This document shows positions 51,098 through 61,342 of a stretch of DNA of 64,000 nucleotides, piece after piece (positions within the stretch are counted from its first letter, which is position 1; every line of letters starts with the position of its first letter). The notes under the pieces are model-generated. The model saw only the letters and a program-made list of their open reading frames with translations. It was not told the DNA's origin and made no database searches. The stretch is from contig JBDGXC010000005.1 of assembly GCA_039584815.1 (NCBI GenBank), positions 30,633 to 94,632 on the forward strand. Direction: 5' to 3'. A program made the position numbers and the translations under genes. Source of the DNA: Gemmatimonadota bacterium (lineage in GTDB: Bacteria; Gemmatimonadota; Gemmatimonadetes; Palauibacterales; Palauibacteraceae).

Positions 51098-52933
51098 CTA
51101 GAACGTGATCGGCGGGTCCGATTCGTTCGAACAGCTGGTTTCGGAGCCGGCATCGCACACCTTGTACGTGTAGCTCCCCGGAGCGGGAGTCTTGCCGAAA
51201 CTGTCGGTGTACGAGCCCGAGTTGCTGATCCCCTGGGCGATGGGCACGCCGTTGCGGAGCACATCCACGGCCGATCCCCCGGCGCCCCACGCTAGCTGTA
51301 CGCGCCAGTTCCTCCCCTTCTTGACCTTGGTGGCGTCGAGATTCGCAGGCGGATCTGCAGTGCCTCCGCCGTCGACCGGCGCTCCGTACCCGCTGCACGG
51401 CGGAGTCGGCGAGTAGGAGGTCCCGTCCACGATGGCTCCGGACAGGCTCGTGACGCAGAACTCGAAGTCCGTGGCGTGCCGGATCCCGCCGGTCGAGAGC
51501 TCGACCATGCCATCGGCGTCGGTGACACCGGAGGACGTCACGTAGTCCTCGATTCCGTTCACGTCCCAGGAGCCGGCCACCCCGATCCCGGGCATGGGGC
51601 CGCCCCCGCCGTCGATCACCTGCACCATGACCGTCCCGCTGGCGACGTTGCCCCTGTTGGTCTTGACGGTCAGAGGGCTCACCCAGCCGACCAAGGCGGC
51701 GGGACATCCTAAGCTGAGGCACGGGTCACCCGAATCTGTGCCCGTATACAGGAGCAGGTTCGGCGAGCCGACCGGATCGGTCACGACGTCGTGGGTGGCG
51801 CGGTCCGCCATGGCCGGCCACACGTCCGCCGCTGCCGTCCCGTCCTCCAGATACAGCGCCGCGACGCCCGCCACGTGCGGCGTGGCCATCGAGGTGCCGC
51901 TCCACGTGCCGGTGCCGGATCCCATGACCGGAGACGTGATCGCCGAGCCGGGCGCGAAGATGTCCACGCAGGAACCGTAATTGGAGAACGAGCTGCGGGT
52001 GTCCGAGCTGGTGGTCGAGGCCACCGTGATCGCCTCGGGCGCGCTGGCCGGAGACCGGCTGCAGGCGTCTGTGGCGTCATTGCCCGCGGCGACGGCGAAC
52101 ACGACGCCGGCCGCGACCGCGTTCTTGATGGCGGTGTTCACCGACGAGCTCGTGCCACCGCTAAGGCTCATGTTGGCCACCGATGGGCCGGACAGGTTCG
52201 CGGCCACGTAGTCGATGCCGGCGATCACCCCCGCGTACGTTCCGCTGCCCTGACAGTTGAGTACCCGCACGCTGATGAGGGTGACACCGGTGGCCACGCC
52301 GTAGGAATCGCTCCCCACGGTTCCCGCCACGTGCGTTCCGTGCCCGTCGCAGTCGGATCCGTCATCGTCGCCGTCCACGAAGTCCCAGTCACGCGTCTCG
52401 TCCAGTCGGTTTCCGAACGCCGCCTGGCGGCCGTAGTCGATTCCGGTGTCCAGGATGTAGGCGTCCACCCCGGTCCCGTTGCGGCCCGGCGTGTACGTCC
52501 CGTCCAGCGGTAGATCGCGCTGATCTATGCGGTCGAGCCCCCACGAGCCGACTTCCGTCTTCCGCATCTCGCCATTCCGCTCGACGTAGGCCACGTTCGG
52601 GTTCCGCTCGATCGCTTCGATCGCCTGGGGAGGGAGAGTCCCCGCGAAGCCCCGCAGCGCTTGGCTGTACGTGTGGCGGATGGAGCCACCGTGGACCGCC
52701 ACCAGCCGCCGGGCCAGGCCCGGGGGATCCACCGTGCCGTCACGGAACACGACGATCCAGTCGTCCGTCCCGATCCCCGGCATCTGCGTTTCGGCCGAGA
52801 TTTCTGCCTCCGTCGCGGGCTCAGAGGGAAGACGATCATTCTCGCATCCGGTGAATGCGAGGGTCGCTACTGGAATCGGCCAGAGCCAGCGCCTCGCCGC
52901 GTGTCCAACCCGTGCTCGGGACCCGTGTGACAT
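51098..52933 (-). CDS. secreted subtilisin-like serine protease (S8) with I9 propeptide and C-terminal beta domains
   Basis: Lipobox LAFTGC. Catalytic D (ILDTGID), H (HGTHVAGT), S (GTSMATPHVAG). Confidence 0.93.
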   Translation of the reverse strand: MSHGSRARVGHAARRWLWPIPVATLAFTGCENDRLPSEPATEAEISAETQMPGIGTDDWIVVFRDGTVDPPGLARRLVAVHGGSIRHTYSQALRGFAGTLPPQAIEAIERNPNVAYVERNGEMRKTEVGSWGLDRIDQRDLPLDGTYTPGRNGTGVDAYILDTGIDYGRQAAFGNRLDETRDWDFVDGDDDGSDCDGHGTHVAGTVGSDSYGVATGVTLISVRVLNCQGSGTYAGVIAGIDYVAANLSGPSVANMSLSGGTSSSVNTAIKNAVAAGVVFAVAAGNDATDACSRSPASAPEAITVASTTSSDTRSSFSNYGSCVDIFAPGSAITSPVMGSGTGTWSGTSMATPHVAGVAALYLEDGTAAADVWPAMADRATHDVVTDPVGSPNLLLYTGTDSGDPCLSLGCPAALVGWVSPLTVKTNRGNVASGTVMVQVIDGGGGPMPGIGVAGSWDVNGIEDYVTSSGVTDADGMVELSTGGIRHATDFEFCVTSLSGAIVDGTSYSPTPPCSGYGAPVDGGGTADPPANLDATKVKKGRNWRVQLAWGAGGSAVDVLRNGVPIAQGISNSGSYTDSFGKTPAPGSYTYKVCDAGSETSCSNESDPPITF

Positions 52934-53230
52934 GCTCGTTTCCTCCTCGATGAGTGCACAGCCCGGGCGACCGGCTTCCCGGGGACGGCCTCGTCACCGC
53001 GCACAGACGCATGTGTCGATGGCCGTGGGAATCGTCGGGCCGCGAGAGTCATGCCACATCCCGGCCACATCGGACGCGTATGCAGGATGCCCGCGCACAG
53101 CGCGGCGAAACGAGCGATCGTCACCGGGATCGGCCTTCTCCTGTCGCACGGGCGCTCGGCCGAGTGTGGCGGGCGAGCCACACCGGCCGGGTGGTTGCCC
53201 GACACGGATCCTGTCCGCGATCTTGCTCTC

Positions 53231-55624
53231 ATGTCCGAGACTCGGGGAATCCAACGCTTGTTGGCCGAGCTGAAGCGCCGAAAGGTGTTCCGCATAGCGG
53301 CGCTGTACGGTGCCGGCGCGTTCGCGGTGTTGCAGGCCGTCGACATCATGGCGGAGGGTCTGGCCTTGCCGCCGGCAATCCTGACCGTCGTCACGGTGGC
53401 CGTCCTCGCCGGGTTTCCCGTGGCAATCGCCGCGGCGTGGGCGTACGAGCGCCATCCCGACGGTGGATTGCGGCGCACGGATCAGGCCGAGAGCGGCGAG
53501 ATCGAGGGCATCGTCGCCGAGCCTCGCTCGCGCCGGTGGATTCCCGCGGTGCTGGCCCTCGCCGGAACGGCACTCCTCGTGGTCGGCGTGTGGCTGGTGG
53601 CCGATCGCGTGAGACCGGACGACCCCGCACCTGCCCCGGGTGGGGGCACCGGGATTCTCGTGCTCCCGTTCGCCGTGCAGGGAAGCCCGGACATCGCGTA
53701 CCTCGGCGAAGGCATGGTCAGCCTGCTGGGGACCAAGCTGGATGGTGCGGGGAACCTGCGGACGGTCGATGCGCGCGCCGTGATCCAGGTGGTCGAGCGC
53801 GACGGGTTGGGATCCGTGGATCCGGTCGCCGGGGCCCAGGTGGCCCGGGAGTTCGGGGCCGACCTGTACGTGCTCGGGAACATCGTCGAGGCGGGTGGCC
53901 GGATACAGCTCACAGCCACTCTGTACGACGACGGCCGGGGCGGCGAACAGATCGGGCATGCCAGCGTCGAGGGCTCGGTGGAGGAGATGTTCGACATGGT
54001 CGACGCCCTCACGGCGCGACTGCTGTCGGGTCTGTCCGGAGGCGCAGCGGCTCGCGTGCGTCGGATCGCGGCCGTGACGACCGAGAGCCTGCCGGCCCTC
54101 AAGGCATTCCTGGAGGGCGAGGAGGAGTTCCGGCGCGGGCAGTTCGGCCCGTCGGTCGAGAGCTTCCGTCGCGCCATCGCCGCAGACACGACGTTCGCGC
54201 TCGCTTACTACCGCCTCAGCCTGGTCGCGGAGTGGAATCTGCAGGACGAGCTGTCGCGCGTGATGGCCGAGCGGGCCGTTCGGTACGCCGACCGCCTGGC
54301 GGAGCGCGACCGGCGCCTCCTGGAAGCGTTCCTGATCCGGCGGCGGGGCGACAACATCACCGCGGCGGAGGCGTACCGCTCGATCCTCGGCGCCTATCCC
54401 GACGAGATGGAAGCGTGGCTGGACCTGGCCGAGGTGCAGTTCCACGCGTATCCGCTGTACGGTCGGCCGTTCACGGAGGCCCGGCGATCACTCGAACGGG
54501 TGCTGGAGCTCGACCCCGATCACTCCACGGCCCTCATCCACCTCGCTCGTCTTCTCGCGTTCGAGGGTGAGACCGAGCTTCTGGATGACGTGGCGGGCCG
54601 GTTCGTCGCCTTGCACCCGGATCCGTCCCGCACCCTTGAGGTCGAGGCCCTGCGCGCGTTTGGAACCGGTGACGCGGACCGCATCGGCGAAATCGAGTCG
54701 CGTCTTCCTGAGGTGAATGACGCCGGCGTGACCCTGGCCGTGTGGGCCGCCTCCGTGTATTGCCGCGACCCCGAGTCGGGCGAGCGGGCCACGCGCACGC
54801 TGGTCGACCCCGGTCGAAGTCCGGAAGCGCAGCGCCTGGGGCACGCTTGGCTCTCCACGTTCGCCATGAGCCGCGGCCAGTGGAACGAAGCGCGGAGCCG
54901 GCTCGCCGATCTCGGGCGTCTGAGCCCGGGAACGGCGCTCGAATACGAGGCCATCCTGTCCACCATGCCGTTCTCGCCGGTGACGCGCGACGAGTTGAGA
55001 GACCTCGCGGCACGGTTGGAGGACCTGGACCCGGCCACGATCGAGACGAGCGACAACCCGAGCATCGTCTTCACGGCGCACGACGACATCCACCCGGTGA
55101 TTCGGCTTTACCAACTGGGGCTGATCCGGGCCCGGTTGGGCGAGACGGATGTATCCCTCGTCCACGCGGCGGATCTCGAGTCGCTGTCTCTGGCTCCGAC
55201 CGCCGGGAGTCTCGCATCGGACCTGGCGCACGGAGTCCGCTCCGCTAGCCTGCGGGCGGAGGGCCGGCTGGCGGAGGCTCTGACGGAGCTCGAGGCAGCT
55301 CGTGTCGACGCGTGGTACGGCCAGACGATGTCTTCGCCCCTGTATGCGCGCATTCACGAGCGCTTCGCTCGCGCGGAGCTCCTGTTCGAGCTCGGACGGT
55401 ACGACGAGGCACGCGGCTGGTACGCCAACATTGGCCAGGTGTCGCCCTTCGAGCTCCCGTACCTGGCCATGTCTCACCTGCGACTCTCCGAGATCGCCGA
55501 GCGGCTCGGCGACGCGGCCGCGGCGGTGGAGGCGCGCGCGCGCTTCGAGGAGCTGTGGAGGGACGCGGATCCCGCGATGAAGGCGGCGGCGGAACGCACG
55601 GGGCGCGATCGGGAAGCCCCCTGA
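53231..55624 (+). CDS. membrane-anchored TPR repeat protein (paralog of 17740..20145)
   Basis: Start at MSETRGIQRLLAELKRRKVFRIAALYGAGAFAVLQ. TolB-N-like LVLPFAVQGSPDIAYLGEGM segment, then TPR repeats. Confidence 0.75.
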   Translation: MSETRGIQRLLAELKRRKVFRIAALYGAGAFAVLQAVDIMAEGLALPPAILTVVTVAVLAGFPVAIAAAWAYERHPDGGLRRTDQAESGEIEGIVAEPRSRRWIPAVLALAGTALLVVGVWLVADRVRPDDPAPAPGGGTGILVLPFAVQGSPDIAYLGEGMVSLLGTKLDGAGNLRTVDARAVIQVVERDGLGSVDPVAGAQVAREFGADLYVLGNIVEAGGRIQLTATLYDDGRGGEQIGHASVEGSVEEMFDMVDALTARLLSGLSGGAAARVRRIAAVTTESLPALKAFLEGEEEFRRGQFGPSVESFRRAIAADTTFALAYYRLSLVAEWNLQDELSRVMAERAVRYADRLAERDRRLLEAFLIRRRGDNITAAEAYRSILGAYPDEMEAWLDLAEVQFHAYPLYGRPFTEARRSLERVLELDPDHSTALIHLARLLAFEGETELLDDVAGRFVALHPDPSRTLEVEALRAFGTGDADRIGEIESRLPEVNDAGVTLAVWAASVYCRDPESGERATRTLVDPGRSPEAQRLGHAWLSTFAMSRGQWNEARSRLADLGRLSPGTALEYEAILSTMPFSPVTRDELRDLAARLEDLDPATIETSDNPSIVFTAHDDIHPVIRLYQLGLIRARLGETDVSLVHAADLESLSLAPTAGSLASDLAHGVRSASLRAEGRLAEALTELEAARVDAWYGQTMSSPLYARIHERFARAELLFELGRYDEARGWYANIGQVSPFELPYLAMSHLRLSEIAERLGDAAAAVEARARFEELWRDADPAMKAAAERTGRDREAP

Positions 55625-55748
55625 TCCGGGTGGTGGACGGCGGACGGCCGCGCGCCGACTCCCGACGCCACGCACCTTGACAGGCGGCCTTCCCGAGGCG
55701 TGACTGGTGCATGTCCGGTCCCATCCACACGAGACGGAGCTGAAGACC

Positions 55749-56192
55749 ATGCGCGCTACCCTGCTTGCACTCGCGGCCATGCTGCTCGCGCTGCCGACGA
55801 CGGCCACGGCCCAGCACCACGAGGACGGCAAGGCCGAGATCGAGGCCATGGCGGCCAAGTGGCAGGCCGCCTTCAACGCCGGCGATGGCGTGGGGGTGGC
55901 CGCCCTGTACTCGGACGACGCGATGCTGATGCCGCCCAACTCGGCCCCGGTGTCGGGTCGCCCGGCGATCGAGGCGTTCTGGACGCAGGCCGCCAGCCAG
56001 GGCATGACGGACGAGTTGACGACGAAGGAGGTGTACGCCGTGGGCGACATGGCCGTCGAGATCGGGATGTACTCGGCGACCGCGGCGGATGGCTCGCACG
56101 CCGATCACGGCCACTACATGGTGGTGTTCAAGCAGGAGAACGGTCAGTGGAAGATGTACCGGGATACCTGGAACAGCGACATGGCGCCCTAG
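55749..56192 (+). CDS. secreted SnoaL-like / DUF4440 (NTF2-fold) protein
   Basis: Signal peptide MRATLLALAAMLLALPTTATA. WQAAFNAGDGVGVAALYSDDAMLMPPN ... WKMYRDTWNSD. Confidence 0.75.
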   Translation: MRATLLALAAMLLALPTTATAQHHEDGKAEIEAMAAKWQAAFNAGDGVGVAALYSDDAMLMPPNSAPVSGRPAIEAFWTQAASQGMTDELTTKEVYAVGDMAVEIGMYSATAADGSHADHGHYMVVFKQENGQWKMYRDTWNSDMAP

Positions 56193-56208
56193 GGGCGAGC
56201 CGAACGCG

Positions 56209-56235
56209 AGGCGGCGAGCCGCCTCGCCGCCTTTT
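56209..56235 (+). terminator. intrinsic terminator of the SnoaL-like gene
   Basis: GGCGGCGAG (56210..56218), loop CCGC, CTCGCCGCC (56223..56231), then TTTT (56232..56235), 17 nt after the stop codon. Confidence 0.7.
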
Positions 56236-56250
56236 CGAGCGACGTCGGTC

Positions 56251-56278
56251 GAAGCGCCCGGTCCAGGCCGGGCGCTTC
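56251..56278 (-). terminator. hairpin downstream of the M61-like peptidase gene
   Basis: GAAGCGCCCGG / CCGGGCGCTTC 11-bp stem, 17 nt after the minus-strand stop at 56296. No U tract. Confidence 0.45.
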
Positions 56279-56295
56279 CTGTTCCGGGTCGCGTT

Positions 56296-57894
56296 CTAGC
56301 GGCTCGTACCCGGCTCCGGGTTCGAGATCCACGCGTCCCGCAGGGCTCGCCGTTCGGCCAGCGGCTCCGGATCGACCGCGAAGCGCTGTGCGCGGCCGTT
56401 GGCCCCCCGCTCCAGCTCGATTCCGAGCCATCCGTAGTACTCGTCGTACGGAAGAGGTTCGGCGTTGCGGACGTACCGATCGAAGAACTCGCCGATCTCG
56501 GGGTAGGTCATCTCGGTGATCAGGCCGAACAGATCAGCCTCCGGGAACGGCCGCTGCTTCCCGTACCGCTCCATCAGATCCAGCATGAGCTCCTGCAGCC
56601 CGTACTCTCCGTCCGACAGTTGCAGGAGCCGAATGTCGAGCAGGCCGGCCACAAGCGCTCCCCGCTGGTAGATGTTGCCGTACTGCCGCTGCCCCTCCGC
56701 CGTGTACGACGTAAGCGCGAGCCGGGACAGGCTGTAGTCCGGGTCGAAGAACCCCTCGTCGGAGCGGATCTTCTGAATCTGATCGGCGAGGTACCGGTCC
56801 GGGCTCTTGAGTCCCGCCCGGAGCTGCATCGCGTCGGACGCCCATTCGGTGACCCCCTCATACAGCCACAGGTGTTCGGACGGGATCGGCGTCTCGAAGT
56901 CGAAGTTCTCGATGATCTCGCTGTGGATATGGAGCGGCGTCACCACGTGGAAGAATTCGTGCGCCGCGATGTCGGAGATCATCCGGGCGTAGCGGTCCGT
57001 CAGGTTCGCCTCCGACAGCACGTACTCCGAGCTGTAGGAGTGCTCCCAGGCGCCTGCTCCCCCTCCCGCGCCCTCGAAGTGGAACAGAAACGTGTAGCGG
57101 TCCACCGGAAGCTCGCCAAGGAACTCGCCGGCCGCCTGGAGGATCAGATCCATCGCCTCCAGGAGCTGTGAAGACTGAATGCGATCCGTCTCAGAGTAGG
57201 TGAAGATCTCCACCGGCACGCCCGTCACGTCCGTGCGGGCAACGCTCAGTCGCCCGAGAAGGATGGGCGAGTCCACGAAGTGGTCGTAGTCGTCCGCCTC
57301 CAGCACGTCCGCGGTGTCCGCACCGAGAGCCGTCCCGAGCTCCCAGGCTTCCGGATACATGAGGGTCAGCCGGATCGGCGCGTCCTGCAGTCCGGAAGGG
57401 AAAGGAAACACCGCGTGGGGGTTGATCAGCACGTGGTCGTCTTCGATCGACGTTCCCGCCATCGGATAGACCGGATGCTCGTCCACTCGTGTGTCCCACG
57501 TCTCGGCGATCGTGTAGCGGATCTCGGCCACCTCGACCGGGTCCTCGAGACGCCACTGGTTCGTGGACACACGCTCGACACCTACCTCGGAACCACTTGA
57601 GTCGAACGCATGTAACTCTCTTACATAACGTCCGATATCCATTACTTGGTATGTGCCGGGTGCCGTGGAAGCGAACTGGAGGAGAGCGTTGTCCGGTTCG
57701 AGCCCCGCCACGCGCATCGTCACGCGGAACAGATCCCCCGCCCGCTCGTTGAGGTCGACAGTGTACTCCAGCGTCGGCGGGTTCTCCGGCGCCACATGTG
57801 TCGCCGTGAGGGACGGTTCCCGCGCGAAGAACGCCACGACACCCACCGCTGCCACCGTCACTCCCACCCGTCGCACGCGTCTCGCCTTCTTCAT
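56296..57894 (-). CDS. M61-like gluzincin metallopeptidase with C-terminal PDZ-like region
   Basis: Signal peptide. HEXXH in IAAHEFFHVVTPLHIHSE, downstream LWLYEGVTEW (Glu ligand context). Confidence 0.75.
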   Translation of the reverse strand: MKKARRVRRVGVTVAAVGVVAFFAREPSLTATHVAPENPPTLEYTVDLNERAGDLFRVTMRVAGLEPDNALLQFASTAPGTYQVMDIGRYVRELHAFDSSGSEVGVERVSTNQWRLEDPVEVAEIRYTIAETWDTRVDEHPVYPMAGTSIEDDHVLINPHAVFPFPSGLQDAPIRLTLMYPEAWELGTALGADTADVLEADDYDHFVDSPILLGRLSVARTDVTGVPVEIFTYSETDRIQSSQLLEAMDLILQAAGEFLGELPVDRYTFLFHFEGAGGGAGAWEHSYSSEYVLSEANLTDRYARMISDIAAHEFFHVVTPLHIHSEIIENFDFETPIPSEHLWLYEGVTEWASDAMQLRAGLKSPDRYLADQIQKIRSDEGFFDPDYSLSRLALTSYTAEGQRQYGNIYQRGALVAGLLDIRLLQLSDGEYGLQELMLDLMERYGKQRPFPEADLFGLITEMTYPEIGEFFDRYVRNAEPLPYDEYYGWLGIELERGANGRAQRFAVDPEPLAERRALRDAWISNPEPGTSR

Positions 57895-58142
57895 CGTTCG
57901 ATCCCCGTTATGAAGTCAAGGTCGGCGCCACCGGCGGGCACCGACACCTGGAACTACTACGCCCAAGAGGCAGGGAACGTTTCCGGCACCCCGATCCGTC
58001 GCGCGGAACTTGACGACACCGCGAGGATAGGAGACTCCGATGGCGGCGCCATACCGCTCCGCCCGGCCATCGCCGGGTGCGAGCTGCGCGCCAGCTCGCG
58101 TGTCCGGTTCCGAAGACCGTGCGAACAGGAGGGGAGACGTCC

Positions 58143-59093
58143 ATGTCGGAGAAGAAGATCATCGCGGTGCTGGGGGCGACCGGCGCCCAGGGAGGAGGGC
58201 TGGTACGCGCGATCGTCGAAGACGGAGACGGCGAGTTCACGGCACGCGCCGTCACCCGCAGCCCTGACTCGGAGAGGAGTCGTGAGCTGGCCGCCATGGG
58301 GGTCGAGGTCGTAGGAGCGGACGTCGACGATCCCACCAGCCTGAAGGCCGCGTTCGACGGCGCGTACGGGGCGTACTGCGTGACTTTCTTCTGGGAGCAT
58401 TTCTCGCCCGAGAAGGAAGTGGAGCACGCCCGCAATATGGCGGACGCGGCGCGCCAAGCGGGCGTCGAGCACGTGATCTGGTCGACGCTCGAGGACACGC
58501 GGGACTGGGTGCCGCTCCACGACGACCGCATGCCGACGCTCATGGAGCGCTACAAGGTGCCGCACTTCGACGCCAAGGGCTCGGCGAACCGGGTATTCGA
58601 GGACGCCGGAGTCCCGACCACGTTCCTTCTGACGTCGTTCTACTGGGACAACCTGATTCACTTCGGGATGGGTCCGCGGGCGGACGAGCACGGCAACCTC
58701 GGGTTCGCTCTCCCAATGGAGGATGCGAAGCTGCCGGGCATCGCCGCGGCGGACATCGGGCGCTGCGCCTTCGCCATCTTCCGGGCCGGAGACGAGTACA
58801 TCGGCCGCACGGTGGGAATCGCGGGCGGGCACCTTACGGGTGCGGAGATGGCGGCCGCTCTGGGGGACGCGATCGGGCGACCCGTAAGCTACATCGCGGT
58901 GCCGTTCGAGGCATACCGTGGGCTCGGTTTCCCGGGGGCCGAGGATCTGGGCAACATGTTCCAGTTCAAGCACGACTTCAACGAGTACTACTGCGGGGCG
59001 CGCAGCCTCGAGTTTTCGCGCTCCCTCAACCCAGCGCTGCAGACGTTCGAGCACTGGCTGGCCGAGAACAAGAACCGCATTCCACTCGAGTAG
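58143..59093 (+). CDS. NmrA-like NAD(P)-binding protein
   Basis: AGGAGGGGAG upstream of ATG 58143. IAVLGATGAQGGGLVRA Rossmann motif, NmrA-type length. Confidence 0.88.
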   Translation: MSEKKIIAVLGATGAQGGGLVRAIVEDGDGEFTARAVTRSPDSERSRELAAMGVEVVGADVDDPTSLKAAFDGAYGAYCVTFFWEHFSPEKEVEHARNMADAARQAGVEHVIWSTLEDTRDWVPLHDDRMPTLMERYKVPHFDAKGSANRVFEDAGVPTTFLLTSFYWDNLIHFGMGPRADEHGNLGFALPMEDAKLPGIAAADIGRCAFAIFRAGDEYIGRTVGIAGGHLTGAEMAAALGDAIGRPVSYIAVPFEAYRGLGFPGAEDLGNMFQFKHDFNEYYCGARSLEFSRSLNPALQTFEHWLAENKNRIPLE

Positions 59094-59117
59094 GACGGTG
59101 ACTGCAGGAGGGTTCTC

Positions 59118-59555
59118 ATGATTCGATCAGTGATTGTCGGTCTCGGTATTCTCGCGGTCACCGCGACGTTCGGGGCGTGCGACGAGGAGCCCACCGAACC
59201 TCGACCCGGGGAGTCCTTTACACTGGCGCCGGGGGAGAGCGTGCTCCTCGAGGCCGCCGCACTGCACGTGCGTTTCCGGAGGGTCGCGTCCGACTCGCGC
59301 TGCCCGCTTCGGGCCCAGTGCGTGTGGGCGGGGGACGGGACGGTCGTCCTCGAGCTGGAACCGTTGGACGGGAACGCGATCGAGGACACCCTGCACACCA
59401 ACATCGCGGTCGGTCCGGGCTCCGTCGACCTGGGACGCTTCGAGCTGGCGCTGGTGGCGCTGGACCCTCATCCGGAGGCACCCGGGGTCATCGAACCGGA
59501 GGACTACCGCGTGACGCTCGTCCTGAACGATCGGGGAGAGCAGGACTCGCTCTGA
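59118..59555 (+). CDS. lipoprotein, function unknown
   Basis: GGAGG upstream. Lipobox TATFGAC. Conserved-looking DSRCPLRAQCVWAGDG segment. Confidence 0.6.
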   Translation: MIRSVIVGLGILAVTATFGACDEEPTEPRPGESFTLAPGESVLLEAAALHVRFRRVASDSRCPLRAQCVWAGDGTVVLELEPLDGNAIEDTLHTNIAVGPGSVDLGRFELALVALDPHPEAPGVIEPEDYRVTLVLNDRGEQDSL

Positions 59556-59853
59556 CGGCTCCCCGATCCCCGCGGCCGGGGTTGCGGGCGCAGCCCGGTC
59601 GGGTATCGTATAAGTGTCCGACCGCTGGCAGTCCAAGCGGTCGCCCGAGCGCGGATTTGATCGCAGCTTGAAGGCGCGCCGGGACCGAGGGACACACCTT
59701 CTAAAGCGTGGCAGAGGGCCTGCCCCGGACGTTTGGACAGGCCCTCTCGCTTGTGCGGCCCCCTTCCGATTCTGACCCGCACCTCGCCTCATTCGCCGAT
59801 TCACGCGTACTATTCGGGTCGCGCGGCCGCCGACCTCGATCCCGCGAGGCATC

Positions 59854-61176
59854 ATGTCCCAGAGACAGCGTGCGTGGATGCTGCCCTTTCTGACCCGGGT
59901 ATGCGGTGCCGCCGTGCGCGTCTACTATCGGTTCACTGCGGAGGGGGTAGCGCCGCGGTCCGGTCCCGTCCTGTTCGTCGCCAACCACCCGAACTCGATC
60001 GTGGACGCGGTGGTCGCGACCGCCGCCGCCGGGCGACCGATTCGCTTCCTGGCCAAGGCGCCCCTGTTCGAGGAGCAGCTCATGGGCTGGCTGGTGCGGG
60101 CAGCCGGCGCGATTCCCGTGTATCGACGCCAGGACGACCCGGCGCTCATGGAGCGCAACGCCACGGTGTTCGAGGCAGTGCACCAAGCGCTGGCGGCAGG
60201 CGACGCGGTGGGCATCTTTCCGGAGGGGCTGAGCCACTCGGAGCCTTCGTTGGCCCGACTGCGCACGGGGGCGGCCCGCATCTCCCTCGGGGCGGCGAAT
60301 CGCGAGGAAATCCGGTTCCCGATCGTTCCGATCGGGATCATCCACCGACAGAAGGAGCGCTTCCGGTCCGATACCCTGGCGCTCGTGGGCCCGCCGGTCG
60401 GGTGGACCGATCTGGCGGGCCGGGGCGAGGACGACGTGGAGGCGGTCCGGGAGCTCACCCGGCGCATCGAGGCGGCGCTGCGCGAGGTGACGGTGAACGT
60501 GGAGCGATTGGAGGACCGTCCCATGATCGAGTGCGCGGAGGCGATCTACGCGTCCGAGCTCGGCCTCGAGATGTCCGGAGAACGGCGCGTCTATCGGCTG
60601 CGCCAGGCCACCGAGACACTCACCCGGCTCCGACGTGAGGAGCCCGAGAGGGTGGAGCGCTTGTCGGATGACGTCGAGAGCTTCGGGTGGACGCTCGACG
60701 TGCTGGGGCTGAAGCCGGGAGACCTCGACCGGGCGGTGCGCCTCCGGGCCGCGGCGGGTTGGAGCCTCAAGGTGTTCGGCCTCCTCGTGCTGTTGGGACC
60801 TCTCGCGGCCGCGGGCCACGTGGTGTTCTTCGTTCCCTACCAGGCCACCGGCTGGATCGCCACCCGTCCTCGCGTCAGCGTCGAGCGTCGGTCATCCTGG
60901 AAGCTGCTCGCCGGAGCCGCGCTGTATCTCACCTGGATCGCCCTCATCTCGGTCGCGGCGGGCCTCCTGCTCTCCACCGGGTGGGGCGTGGCGGCGCTGA
61001 TCGGTTTGCCCGGGCTGGCCCTCGTCACGCAGTTCGTGCGCGAACGGTGGCGCGAGGCACGCGCGCAGGCGCACCGGGTCCGACTGCTTCGGCGGACGGG
61101 CGACGTACGGGAGCGCCTCCTGGCGAAGCGGCGCAGCCTGGCCCGCGAGCTGGACGGACTGCGCGGCCGACCGTAG
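59854..61176 (+). CDS. lysophospholipid/glycerol-phosphate acyltransferase (PlsC family) with C-terminal membrane domain
   Basis: HX4D motif NHPNSIVD, FPEGLSHS motif. C-terminal about 120 aa with hydrophobic segments. Confidence 0.8.
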   Translation: MSQRQRAWMLPFLTRVCGAAVRVYYRFTAEGVAPRSGPVLFVANHPNSIVDAVVATAAAGRPIRFLAKAPLFEEQLMGWLVRAAGAIPVYRRQDDPALMERNATVFEAVHQALAAGDAVGIFPEGLSHSEPSLARLRTGAARISLGAANREEIRFPIVPIGIIHRQKERFRSDTLALVGPPVGWTDLAGRGEDDVEAVRELTRRIEAALREVTVNVERLEDRPMIECAEAIYASELGLEMSGERRVYRLRQATETLTRLRREEPERVERLSDDVESFGWTLDVLGLKPGDLDRAVRLRAAAGWSLKVFGLLVLLGPLAAAGHVVFFVPYQATGWIATRPRVSVERRSSWKLLAGAALYLTWIALISVAAGLLLSTGWGVAALIGLPGLALVTQFVRERWREARAQAHRVRLLRRTGDVRERLLAKRRSLARELDGLRGRP

Positions 61177-61342
61177 CGGTCCGGGCGGCGGCCCGTCTAT
61201 TATGGAGACACCGCGACAAGAACTCCGAGGATCACGAAAGGGGCGGCTCACCGGCCCAACCGATAGAGCGCCCCGTCCCGGGGGCGGAACATGCGTGCCG
61301 CCGCCAGGAGCCCGATGCCGGCGGCGTCGAAAGGAGCTTGCC

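Noticed and set aside
52954-54570. 538-aa plus-strand ORF, and the 483-aa minus-strand ORF 52994..54445
   Set aside because: Both overlap the TPR gene frame (53231..55624) and are Arg/Gly/Pro-rich with no motifs. The TPR frame has the membrane anchor, the TolB-N-like segment and TPR periodicity.
56318-56330. GGGTTCGAGATCC, resembling a tRNA T-arm
   Set aside because: It lies inside the 3' end of the M61-like peptidase coding frame. No acceptor stem or anticodon arm can be drawn around it. No tRNA was found anywhere in the window.
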